DNA from: Takakia lepidozioides
Taxonomy: Eukaryota; Plantae; Bryophyta
DNA length: 64,000 bases
Direction: 5' to 3'
Assembly (NCBI GenBank): GCA_030704615.1
Contig: CM060734.1
Coordinates: 372,001-436,000 of the forward strand
Numbering within the stretch: the first letter of the stretch is position 1; every line of letters begins with the position of its first letter. This document shows positions 36,897 through 49,550 of this stretch, piece after piece. The position numbers and the translations under genes were made by a program. The notes under the pieces are model-generated. The model did not search any database. It was not told the origin of the DNA and saw only the letters and a list, made by a program, of their open reading frames with translations.

Positions 36897-39800
36897 AAAG
36901 ATACCCCCCCCCAAGAAACCACGCTCCCTTACCAAACTAGAAGGGGCATATGCACACCATACGCTACCTCATGATATCCTCGCTTTATTTATCAACACAT
37001 TCTAGCTCACTCACTCATATTACTCCAGCCCACTCTCATGCCCTATCAACACATTTGCTAGTCCACATCAGAGAGATTGTATCTTTGGGGCCACAGGCAG
37101 TGCAACACAGCACTCATGAGGGTAGGGGTATTGCCCACCCCGCTCCGGGACCCCTGGCCCATGAAGCCCTTCAATGGGCATGATTCGCCGCCCACTCATC
37201 CTCCCAAGCCTCCACAATACTTATACTCACTCAACAAAACGCACCCGACGCCTCTCATCCTCTCCTACGCCTCCCAACTGGGGTCAATTTACTAGCCACT
37301 ATCGAACCAAACCAACTTAAATATGTGCATACCCCACCTCTTCCCAAATATCTTAGACGAAAGGAACCTACTCTAACCTTGATTCTACATGTCCACCATT
37401 CCCCCCATTTCCATATGCCGGCCCCCTTCTTGCACCAGTTAACGCAATTACTAACTGTAACACACAAGATAAAAACTACCATCCATCACCTGCCTACCGC
37501 CCCATGCCACTATTCATCCACCACATTTCCCAAGATTAAACCAAATAAAGCCTGGAAGGCGTTGTCGCCCCCCCCCCCCCCCAGGACACTCCACCAATAC
37601 CCCTACCCCATATCCCTTCAATATATCGGCAAAACACCACCCTTAAATACCCCCCGGCCAACTCACACTATACTGATGGATCCCTCACCAAACCCAACGC
37701 AGGATACAGAATTTACCACGCCGGTACCGGCCAAGGGGTTGCCCTCAGGCTCCCTGGCCCTGCCACCATCCTAAGAGCTGAACTCATGGCCATACACGAT
37801 GTTCTCTCCCTACTTGACGCCTTCCCCCCCCCATACTGCATCTTCACCGACAGCCTCACCTCTCTATTTCTTGTTTGAAACCACATCTCCCGCCCTTCCT
37901 CCCAGCACCATCACCCTGACTGATATCTCATTGCCGCCATTGTCAACATGGCCATTTCTAAAAACCACCCAGTCCACCTACTCAAAGTCTGCTCACACAC
38001 TGACATTCATCGCAATGAGGAAGCAGACCTACTTGCTCAACTTGGCGCCTCAAAACCCAAAGTTGACCCCTCGGACGACCCTATCCATATTGCCCACACC
38101 CACCCCTTCTGGTTTATACACCCCGTCCCAGACCCCCCTACACCCAGATCAATCCGTAACCTTCTGACCACTCTTACCCGGGAAGCAAATAAACAAACTG
38201 AATCTTCCATCAACCACACTAAAGTACACATTAAAAAATGGACTCAATCCAATGTACTACACCACAAACTCTCCAATCACTTCTGGCTAACCAAAGTTAC
38301 CACTGATGCACAAATCCGACAAACACTCAAATTTCAGATACGCCCAGTACAGCGTAGTTGCAGGATAAGGTGGACCAAAAACGGCAGATGCTGCCTTTAA
38401 CGGAAGTCCATGACCAAATTTAAATTGACAATATTTCCCCAAATAATTTCAAATGATGATAGACAATGGTATATTTAACATTTTTAGTAAAGGGTCTTAC
38501 CCCAAACATCAAAGATAATTTTTACTATAAATTTTAGTTTTTAATTTGAATAAAATTTGATATATCAAAAATTAGAATTTACATCAATTTGTCTATATAC
38601 AACCAAGCCATTGTAGATTATATTTTTGTATCATTTGCAGTAAAATATGACACCTCAAAAGCCCAAAACACAATATGTACTAAACTAGAACAAATCCACT
38701 TATATATAACACTCATATTAGTTCATAAGTAGTAAATGACAGCTGATATTGTCATTTTAAATTGAAATCTAGAGTGCTCTCTAAATCGACCCCTTTACCT
38801 CAAAAGTTCAAAACAATACACCAAAGGCACAATGGCTTATTTTGAGTCTATGTATTTCCATTTGCAGTGGTGACAGTCCACAATTGTCGTGTTCAAAAGT
38901 CCATACCTCTTGGACATTTTATTTGATTGACAATTTGACGATTGATATAGGTAGACATTGAAGTTAGGAATCCGGCATGGAAATGTTTCTCAACCATACT
39001 GATTTTATTCAAAGCAATTCATGATGTCATGCACGACAGTCATTGAAAACTGTGTCGGTGATGCTAATTTTGGTCCACCTTACCCTGCATCTACCCTACA
39101 TGGGACATCAACACAAACATATCTTCTGGCCGCATCTATTCCCATCCCCCTACTGCCCATTATGCTCAACTACTCACCAAGAACGTGACACTTGGCCGCA
39201 CCTCCTTAGCCAATGTACGCACCCAATTATACATTGCCTTCATATCACACGTCATAACCACGCAGTCTGACATCTCCACAAACTCTTTTTAAACCGCATG
39301 GCTGCTACCATGCATATGCACCCGATCACCATGCTCCTGCCCTACTAGGCTTTGCCCGGACATACTCCTTGTCCAGGGCCTACCCATTAACACCCTGTCA
39401 CCCACCTCACCATCCCCACAACTCACTATACACTTCATTGAATTTACATTCTGCCATGATCGATATCCCAACGACTCGATTATAGAAAAACGGCAAAAAT
39501 ATGCTCCGCTTATCCTCGCAATCCGACGCCGTGGCTGGAAAACCGGCCCATTAACCGTCATCACCGCCAATACTCGAGGCGGCATTCATAACGCCAGTAT
39601 CAACGACATACATGATAACTTCAAAATCCCCATCCTCCCCATCCACTAATGTTTTAAAGCAATCCACCTCACGACGCTCCGTTCCCTCACAACTATTATC
39701 ACCAATAAACGCCAATTGGAATCCCGACACTCCAAACGCACCCTAGGTCCCCCAAGGTACCCCTGGGTACCCAGGGGTACCACATACCCCTCTATTTTCT

Positions 39801-39929
39801 ACGATCACTTGGTGTCCCACAAGACACCTTTCTTTTTATAGGGCCCACCCCCGAAAGGGGGCAGTAGCCGCAAGGCAAAGTGGCTCTTAGTTACGCCGAC
39901 TTCGGCCGGAGTCTTCTCTCTCTCTCTCT
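36897..39929 (+). mobile_element. 5'-truncated non-LTR retrotransposon with RNase H, CCHC zinc finger and restriction-like endonuclease (Dualen/RandI-like)
   Basis: RNase H: YTDGS (about 37670), ILRAELMAI, IFTDSLTSL, LLKVCSHTDIHRNEEAD. Zinc finger: CPLC..DTWPHLLSQC..RHN. RLE: PDILLV..HFIEFTFCHD..EKRQKYAPL..RGGIH. Ends in a (CT)n tail. Confidence 0.8.
38351..39097. mobile_element. 747-bp AT-rich MITE with TIRs of about 30 bp, inserted in the LINE ORF
   Basis: Left end agcgtagttgcaggataaggtggaccaaaa versus reverse complement of the right end agggtagatgcagggtaaggtggaccaaaa. Flanked by AC (or TAC). Removal restores FRYAQ-Y-MGH. Confidence 0.88.
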
Positions 39930-42900
39930 GTGCCTGTAGCTCCTCATCTGTGTAACTGAGTGGCGTGCCCACAACTTTGGAATGCTCAAGCCATTTCCTG
40001 GCTTCATGCCCCTTTGTGAAAATGTGACGGTGATCCCAGACTAGATTGTTTAAGTCTTCCTGAGCAAACGAGAACCAGTCTCAGAGCTGAGAATCACGCT
40101 GAAGCATGGTCCGGACATCATACAGAAATCTCTGCTCTGGAATTGGCGGTAAGATCCAATGCTCCCCATTGGAGTAAGTCTGGTACCTCATCTGCATTTT
40201 CTGCTGCTCTGTGTGGTAACGTAAAATAAAACCAGCAGCATAATATGTACCACAGCCCATAGCAAGGCTAGCTACTTCCCTGGTCTTGGTGTATATGAAC
40301 CCTTGAATGACCTGGAAAGCAAGTAGTTCCTTGAGCATCGTCCCTGCTTCATGCCAACAACGCACAAAATGATGGTCCTCAATCGGCTTATCAGATAGAA
40401 GAACTTTGTTTCGAGTTGCCAATGGCAACCAAATGCGCATGAGTTGGTAATAATGTACCAATGACTCGGAAGGAGCCATTTCCTTCCAAACCAGATCCAT
40501 AACAAAGGGAATATGGTTGAAGGGTAGAACTATAGCATTGCTATATTCTAGGTCACCAGGAGTTTTAGGTGGGTTAAGAGTCGCCCGAGACAGCAGGTAA
40601 TGTTTGTTGCACCAGTGACATGGTATCCATGTTATCCTCACGAAGTGGCTGCTGTGAAGCCAATGCACTCCCTCCTTGTGCTGGCAAGACTTTGTACCTC
40701 TTTCACTGGAAAATGAAAAACCAAAGTCTTTGCCCGCAAGTCTGTGGCCAGTAATTGTTCCTCAGGAACAAACTCCCTCTTGTCAATGTTAGAACCAACT
40801 CATCCACTTGAGTCTGAAGTCCTTCCACATCCTCCTGCAACTTAGCTATCCGACTATAGACATTGTCTATAGTTCCTGTGGCAATATTCTGCACCCGTTG
40901 TCTGAGATCCTTCATCTCATCTTGAGTCAACTTCCTAGGTGTCTTTCCCTCCACTAGTCCTTGTGTCAACCACACCTGCAAGAGATGGTCGTCCACCAAT
41001 TTCTGTGTAGCAATTCGGATATACTGCTCCTCCTTGAGCTTGTATGCTTCCAGCTGTTGTTGTAAACTCTCTAGTCTCTTCATGTGAGGATCTACCAGGG
41101 CTGCATAGGCAGCTGACATGTTGTTGGCTTCCCTCCATGCTCCTCCAGTGACAGAGAGTTCGTTGTCCCGCACTTTGACCTTTTGATGCAACTCTAAAAG
41201 TTGCTGGTCCTTTTCCTCATTGAGGCGTTTCAACTGCTTGATGGTATCCTCATTGCGACAAAGAGTATTTTTCATGTCAGCAATGAGTGTGCCCTGCTCT
41301 AGTGCCTGTGACTCTGCCCATGCACCCAGCCCAGTTTTCTTCTTGATTTCCTCATCAGCTTGTTCCAGCTTAGCCGTCAGTGTGGCGAAGTGCATAACAA
41401 GTTTCTGGTTGGTTACTACCAACCCAACATTAAGTACTTTCTCCGCTGCAAGAGTTTCCTCATGCTTAACTTGCAATTGGTAGAGCTGCTATTTGTGAGC
41501 ATCTTGTAATTGTTCCTGCTCAAGACCTGCATTGATTAAATTCTTTTTTTCAAGCTGCAGGGCAGCATTAGATGCATCTAAGGCTTGCTGCAATTTGAGG
41601 CTTGCCTCAACATCAAATTTGGTCTCCCGCTCGGATAGAATTGTGGCCTCAAACTCTTGTTTGAGCTCCTCTCTCAGTTTTGCCAACTGTGCTGAAGGAA
41701 CATGAGTTTTCAAGTAGTTCCCCAAAAGGTTAAGGGTTCTGCTTATAGAACTCATGACCATGGCCTGTTGTGGATCTTCCTGTGGACCCTGTTGTGGTTC
41801 ATACTAGCTATCGACAGTTTGGTGTCTTGCAAACCATTCAGGCCAAGTTCCCACTTGATTTTGTACTGGTACAGCCTCGACCACTGTAGGTGCAATTGTA
41901 CCCTGGCCCTAAACCATTTCAACATCTACCACAGGTTTGGCTTTACTTTGCACAACCGGAATCACCTTAGACAGAATTGGTATTTCTGGTACCATTGAAG
42001 CTTGCCTATACCAGAGTTTTCATGGAGAAGATCTCCCTTCTCAATATCTGCCACTATTTGCTCCTTAGTGGGAATGTCCAATCCCTCCCTTTCTGAAGAC
42101 CAAACGAAGTTACCTGCGGGGTAACTTGGTCAGTTTGTTGTGTTGGTTGGGGTGCCAAGGTGACCTCTTCCTCCCGCTCCACTGCTCGCACTTCCTGTAA
42201 TGACAACTCTTTGTGTTGTTGCTGCACTTCATCTTGTGCAGGAGCCGTGGAAACATCGTCCATCACAGGTTGCCTTACCGCAAGCGGAACCACCTCGTGT
42301 ACCACCATTACGGACCCTCCTCTTTTCTGCCTCTTCGCATTGCGCTGCTTCTCCAATTCCCCTTCTCCTTGTGAGGATCCCTGTTCCTCAACCGCAGTAG
42401 AGCCTAACTCAAACAAACCCATGTCTTTTTGCTCTTGCACAGTAAGTAAGCAAGAGTCATGAATAATCTGTGCAATAATCGGGGCTGAAAAGATGATCGG
42501 GGCCTTGGCCTGAGTTGTCTAAAGCCATTTCATCTCATCAATTAGGCCTCGGTGCATCATTTCCGCCCATGCTATATCCTCTTCCTTCAAAGCCTTCAAT
42601 ATTTCCTCAGTAAAGGATTTGCTAAGATACAATTGGTTTTGTTTCATAGCAAACAGAACATTCAGTATCTGGCCTACCTCCCTCAGTCCTGGATTCTCTG
42701 CCTTTATACATGTATAACCCTGAGTTTTGAAAAAGTTCTTTTCCTGGAAAAGATTTATAATTTGCAAACTTGCTCTGTGTTCATCCACGCTCACTGCACC
42801 AGCTGGTAAGTCGAAGAGTTGCTGCAAATATTGTGGGGTGATTTGTATGTTAACCCCCTTCACTTGCGTAGCTTCCGTTTTCGGATCAAAATTCTTAATG

Positions 42901-43000
42901 AACTGAATCGTCAATTCCCTGTGCTGCTAAGACCAATCCTTGCGTAGTAAACTCTCCAATCTCAATTCCTTCAAAAGTTGTATTGCGAATGCCTCCTTAA
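39930..43000 (-). pseudogene. Long extra 3' ORF of the LTR element ending at 35528 (ATHILA-ORF/plant transposon protein-like N-terminus plus coiled coil)
   Basis: ORF pieces 42519..42914 (IQFIKNFD..VKGVNIQITPQYLQQLFDLP), 41489..41761, 40703..41476 (heptad-rich) and 40081..40668. Coding sequence appears to resume beyond the LINE at about 36895-36500. Confidence 0.55.
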
Positions 43001-45077
43001 CTGTTTTTTTACTTGCTGGCCCCTTCGTCGCTGTAGGATAAAACTAAAATCAATCCTAAAAGAGGATTAATCAGTTCTAAGGTTCATTCGCTGGGGAAAG
43101 CACTATACGACTAATACATAATGATGCTAGACTATTCTATCTCTCTCTATCCCTTCTTTGAAACGACTTTTACCCTCAGTCATCTTCAACTAACACGATC
43201 ATCATTCTTCCAGATTTATAAATATTCTCTCCATCTTCTATTAACTTTGCTCCATTGGCTGAAATCAAATACCATTGCTCAACTATATTCTTCCTCCAAT
43301 AATCTCTCTGATACAAAGTCAACAGCTCTCGATACCATTCTTTATTTACTAACCATAGATTAATTATCTCCTTGTCACTACATTGTAATCTCTTAAAATG
43401 AAAGCTATCTTTTCATCCATCCAATTAGATGACTAGTTAGTGCGAGTTGTCATTTCATCCATCCAGCTCCTCAAGGCGAATTCCAGGATTTTTCATCCAT
43501 CCAAGAAGTAGAAATACAAATAATAGGCCTTGTGAATGCCGTCGACTCAATAATTTGGCCCTGCTGCTAATCAGCTCCATAAATCACCAAACTTGGTGAA
43601 AAACTACAATTATATATCTTGTATTGGCCTATAAATTCTTAGCTCCATCGGTGGTAAAAAGTTGCGCTTCTCGCCATTCGTCGTATTTTCGCTACACACA
43701 TATTTTGTGGTATATTTGGAAATCAAATCCCTGGTGATGGCTCTAGGGTCTTTGACCCTGCCACTGAGTCATAGGTTGTCCGGAGTCCCCTCCAGTTGTC
43801 CCGCACCGCTAACAAGTCCACGCTTCGCCGTTTGAAGTCGTCTTGACTTGTTGTCATTCCGATGCGGCCAATTGCTTTGTTGCGATATTTCATCGTTATA
43901 CATGTCGCTTCCACCAATTGCCAAGCTCTTCGCCGTGTGTTCATACTGGACTTGAAAGGCGGGAGAAAAGAGAGATCGCAATCTGGGACTGGAACAGTCG
44001 TCCTGTATTGTTCGAACAGGATTAACTCGTTGTTTCTGGTACCGAATTGGCAGCCTAATCTGCTGTCGATGCAGCTTCCTACGGTCATCTTGACGCCAGA
44101 GTTCCACTCCATGGTCGTCGCAGACACTGTCTAATTTCCTACGTGCTTTACCAACGATTTCCAGACAACTAACAAACTAACATGTTTTGGCAGTACAATG
44201 CCGAAACCGCTTGTCTTATGATAAAAAACGATCTGAAAATAAAAGTGTACCAATATATGCATCTACACCACCACACATTCTAAGCATACAATCCTAGAAA
44301 ACTATGCCACAATGATAAGAGATAAGAAATGAGAGAAGTGGAAGACAATGAAAGCTCTCTAAGCATGAAGCAATCACACTAAGAACAAGCCTTAGTCCTT
44401 CCAATTGAAATCCACTCTATCACATAAACTAAGTCAAGTCAAGGGCACCTTTGCTTAAGGAATTCACCCTACAAAGCCCTCAACACACTCCCTCTCAATA
44501 CCTAGAGCTATGGAGGTGAGAGAGGCTCATGAAGGCTCAACTACAAGAAGATGAGCCCTCCTCAACCCTCACAAGGAGAAAACCCATCCCTATGTCCCAA
44601 GTGAGGCTTGACACCTCACTTGGCATATGAGACCAAATGAAGTCCTAACACACAAAATATAAATATAAATATCTAAAATGTCCTAGTTAACTAGAAGTAG
44701 GTAATTCTGGTTAACCATGACTAAAACCATGACAGCTGTCGTGCACCTAAGCATCGTGCCACAACATACATCGTTGTCCACCACACATTCTAAGCATACA
44801 ATCCTAGAAAGTTATACCACAATCGCCCCCTAGCTGGTGATTAGGTCCCTCTAACACCGGATAGCCGACAAGTATCCATCTCAATAAGATCATCGCTTGG
44901 TCTTCAATCACACAAGTCCCAGCATCTAAAATCGATAGATCAAGAGGCCGGGTGCAAAAGTAGCCCCATCATTAGTCGCCTTCCTACAATCCATGATCTT
45001 CAGTTGAGTATCCATGGCATTGAAGCCCCACTAGCTAGACCTTGGATCACTTGTCAGCCTCACCATTGCCATGCCCA

Positions 45078-45235
45078 CTACCTCTGTCCAAGGCATCGTG
45101 GACACAACCACTCTCCGCTATGAACCTCCTCAAGTGGCGGTGTTAAACATCCCATGTGCCACCCCCTTGAGCATTTATCACACACCAACATGGTTGCGGC
45201 ACCACCAGTATGCCCACATAGCATGCAATGCAATC
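45078..45235 (-). other. PHD finger at the integrase C-terminus
   Basis: CMLC..MLVCDKCSRGWHMGCLTPPLEEVHSGEWLCPRC (C4HC3). Confidence 0.92.
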
Positions 45236-48200
45236 CTGCAGGTACCACTGCAAGGTTGGGATCTATCCTCCCATCTACATGGAAAAGGTGACATGGCGCA
45301 CAATTGCGCACATGGTCCTTCCATACCATGCCATCCCGTCCCTCCAGAATCAACACTTCTGAAGGCAACACCTCCCTGACCCTTAGAATCACACGTCCGG
45401 CTGTGACATCCAAGGTTGTTGGTGTTGTCTGCTGCAGATACACATAGTCCCCAGGGTTGAATCTCCAAACACCCGGTTGATATCCTCCTCCATGTATAGT
45501 GGCTTACCTCAATGTGTCTCGGTGTTGGGCAATAGCAAGGTTCTCAAAAGCCAATAGGCACGACTCTCTTGAAATACTCTGTCCGCTGATTACACGCTTG
45601 TGTCCACACATCCGGATCATCAAGGTCGAGGACTACTGCAACCTCCTTGCGAATAGATGCAGGCAAATCTGGCTCTGGGCCGAAGAGAAGAAAGTAAGGT
45701 GAGAACGAGGCAAGTGATGTTTGCTTACTAAACATGTAGCCCATGGCCAACCAAGGTAGCTGAAGGTCCCAATCCCCTAAGTGTCCCTTCTGCAAGCCAT
45801 ACTTGTGCAAGCCTCTCTTGACTATCTGAACAACTCTCTCCGCCAAGCCATCAGCCTCGGGATGATCCCGAGAAGTAGTGCGGTGATCTATCAAGGTTTG
45901 CTCGCACAAAGCCTGAAACTCCCCCAAGAACTCTCTCCCCTGGTCCGTGAGTACCTCGGCTGGAGCACCAAATTGGCTAAGCACTCAATCTAAGAATGCA
46001 TACGCAGCCCCATCACTTGCCTTGTCAGGCAATGCCACCAGTTCAATCCATTTGGAGAAATGTTCCACCATCACCAGTACATACTTGTTATGGCGAATCG
46101 TTAGTGGCAATGGGCCTGCGAAGTCAAGGCTCCAACGATAGCCCAAACCCATAATGGGTAAATGATGCAATTGTGGAGTAGGGGCATTGAAAGAAGCCCG
46201 CACTCTATCACACACCATGTATCTTGCCACTAACTGCTGCACATCCGTGTGCATGCCCCGCCACCAGTACTGCCCTTGCAACAAACTATGAGTGCGCCGC
46301 ACCCCAAAATGTCCCAACTCCTCATGGCATGGCGTACCAATCGCGCTCGTTGTGTTGGATGAGGCACAATCCTCACTTGTCCATCCTCCCATACACGGAG
46401 TAGGTGAGTCCCCTCCTATTTGAACCTCTTGGCTCGTTGTAGGATCCGATCTCTCTCCTTCGCAGTCACACTAGCTACTATCTCTCCGGCACGAAGATAG
46501 GCCAACACTGCTGCATCTTCATGCACATCCTTAGCACCACCAAGCTCCTCACTAATCTCTGGATCGTCATGCACACTATCTCCATGACCAATCCCATGGG
46601 GTGGACCAGCTTGAGCTCATATTGCTAGAATGCACAAAAAGGCAGATGCATGTCATCCTGGCACCATCTCCTCGTCCATCTCACCATGCCAACGAGCTCT
46701 TGTACCATCAAGCTCACTTGTGCATGGATTACGACTCAATCCATCCGCATCCCGGTTGACTATACCGGCTCGATGCACCACTTGAAAGTCGTACTTTTGA
46801 AGCATAAGTGCCCACCATGCAAGCTTCCCTATAAGCTTGTCTGACTCCATCAACCACTTCAATGGTTGCTGATCCGTGACAAGGGTGAAGAGATTGCCAT
46901 AGAGATAGCATTTGAAATGTGCCACTGCCCATACTGCAGCTAAACACTCTCCTTCATATGAGCTATACTTTGCCTCAGCATCATTGTTCGAGCAGTAAGC
47001 ATATGCCACTACGAACTCTCTTTCCTCATCATCCACTTGTGTGAGCACTGCTCCAATCCCCAGCATACTCCAATCCGTATGTAGCTGGAAAGGCCGCCCC
47101 CGAATAGGCCACCTCAGAATAGTTGCAAAAGTCAATTGAGCCTTGAGTTCCTCAAAGGCTTCCTCCTGCTCCTCCTCCCACTGCCACTCCTGACCCACCT
47201 TGGTCAACTTGGTAAGAGCTTTCGCGCAATGCTGCTAAATCCCTTGACAAACTGACGATAGTAGTTTGCCAACCCCATGAAAGCATGAACTCTGCTTACA
47301 TCTATGGGGCGTGGAATGCGTGCAATGGCCTCCACCTTTGTCTGTTGAACACCCAATCCTCCAGGGTATATCATGTGGCCCAAATACTCAATCTGATCGT
47401 GGAAGAACTTGCACTTTCCAGGGTGCAGTTTCAATCCATGCGCCCTCAAGCGCTCAAACACCACCTGAAGGTGTCTCTTATGCTCCTCAACCGTGGCACT
47501 AAAGATGATGATGTTATCAATGTAGCACCAGGCGAAGTCTAGCCCTGCAAGAATCCTATCCATGACCCTCTGAAACTCTGCAGAAGCATTCTTCAACCCA
47601 AATGGTAGGAAGCGCCATTGGTACAAACAATCCTTCCCATGCTGGTCAATCCCCCAGAATGCCGTTTTTTGCATGTCAGCCTCTTTGATTGGCAACTGGT
47701 GATAACCCGATCGTAAGTCCAATGTGCTAAACACCTTTGCATGCCCAATGGCATCAAAGATTTCCTCTGGAGTTGGCATGGCATATCTATCGGACTTAGT
47801 CTGACGGTTCACCGGACGATAGTCCCCACACATCCTTCTTTCTATCCAATTGCCATAGATATCCTTCTTAGCTGGCATCACCGTTGCCGAGGCATACTCC
47901 CCGCCTGACAACTCCACCAATTCAGCTTCAAACAACTCCATAGTCCGTGACTGGATCAATGACCTCTCCATGTCACTATACCTGTGGGGCCTTTGAAAAA
48001 TTGGCGTGTCACTTGCCAAATCAATACAAATCTCCTGGCCCTTCAACCTCCCCAAATCCTTCAAACCAAAGATAAAGCAATTTCTATAAGCCCTTAGAAA
48101 TTGTCGGATCCTCCGTCTCTCTCCTCCGGTGACTATAGGTCCAACATCTGGTTCTTAATTGTCCTCAGTGACTGCAACCTTGGGTACACCAGGCTTGGAG

Positions 48201-48599
48201 GTAGGAGACGCATCCTTTGATTGCTAGATAACAACCTCTTGGGCCTTGTCTGCCCACCCTGACTGTGGCGTAGCCTCCACTTGCTCCGCCATAGCCACCT
48301 TGAAAACATCCTCCGCAAAAGAAACATCCTCAACCTCTTCAACAGCCTTGGCCACCTTGGAACTGATCCTCCGTGTATGGCTCTCCCCACTCCTCATATT
48401 GCTCCTTGAGAGATCCAAAGACTATCTCTTTCCGCATCTCATCCCATATCCGCCATGGGTGTTTGTACTCCATGATGCTGTGCTCGGCCCCACTCACTGT
48501 CTCCACCATCCCGGTTGGCAGAGAGGGTACAATATCCAATGGAAGTGCAGAAGTAGCCACCAATGCTTGCAATCTCCGTTGCTCAGCCATGCACAAGCC

Positions 48600-49550
48600 A
48601 ATGACCCATGTCAAGCAATTGAGATCCATTGCCTGACCCAACACCTGGCGTCGTGATGCCTCTAACAGAGCTGACACAGCTGTAGTGCCCGTGGCAAACC
48701 CCATTGCCCGCTCTCGCTCATCCGCACTAGGCTCCACCAATTGCTGTAGCGCATTGTCCCAAATCAACCCTGGACCATTGTCTCAAAAAGCATGAGACGA
48801 GGGAAAACTCATGAGTGTAGGCAAGGCCCCACGTGGCTACCCTAATCGATTGACCACCGCCAAAGGTGGACAGTCATCATGTCGCACCCTTTGTGGTTGC
48901 CTCCCTTGGTCCAAAATGCCCTCAACCGTGAGGTTGGGTGGCCGTTGAATGGAATCGTATGCTCTCTTGAGCAACTCTGGTGGTACAAGATTGGTCCACC
49001 ACAACCTAGGCCTATGTGCCCGTGAACCCATTGCAGCTGCATCTAATAATACAACTGGTCCAATCCAAGACCGCACCTGATGCACACTAGCCATAACCCT
49101 GGCCCGAGAATCCCCCATGAGAGGAACATTCTCCAGGATGTAAGCTGGAGGTTGCACTTGCCTCACCTGCAAGTCATGCAACACTCGTAACATCTCCCAA
49201 AACGAATGCAACCTTGCATCATGCAAGCCATTCCCATGACCTGCGGGAGAGTGTCATTGGCAAGGCCATCCAGCTATCACCAAATCAATTGCATCATGCC
49301 GGCCCAAATCATCCCCTCCCCAGCAAAGTAATGTCTGCTGGCAAGGCCTTTTGGTACCCTTGAATTGCTGAGAAAGGCAGCAACTGAGGATACTGGTGAT
49401 ACACATGAGCAAAGCAACGTGGTGCATAGAAACACGTCGAGCTATCTCATTCTTTTCCACATACAAGTACTTTTGTACTTTAATCCCAGCTTGCAACACT
49501 CCTGCAAGCCCAGTGTTCATGCCTCCAAACAGGTCTAGCAAACAAATCCC
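48600..49550 (-). pseudogene. C5 cytosine DNA methyltransferase domain within pol
   Basis: Motif I LDLFGG, II YVE, IV IAGWPCQ, VI ILENV, VIII AHRPRLWWTN, IX ERERAMGF and X LGQAMD, in canonical order. Stops and frameshifts are present. Confidence 0.9.
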
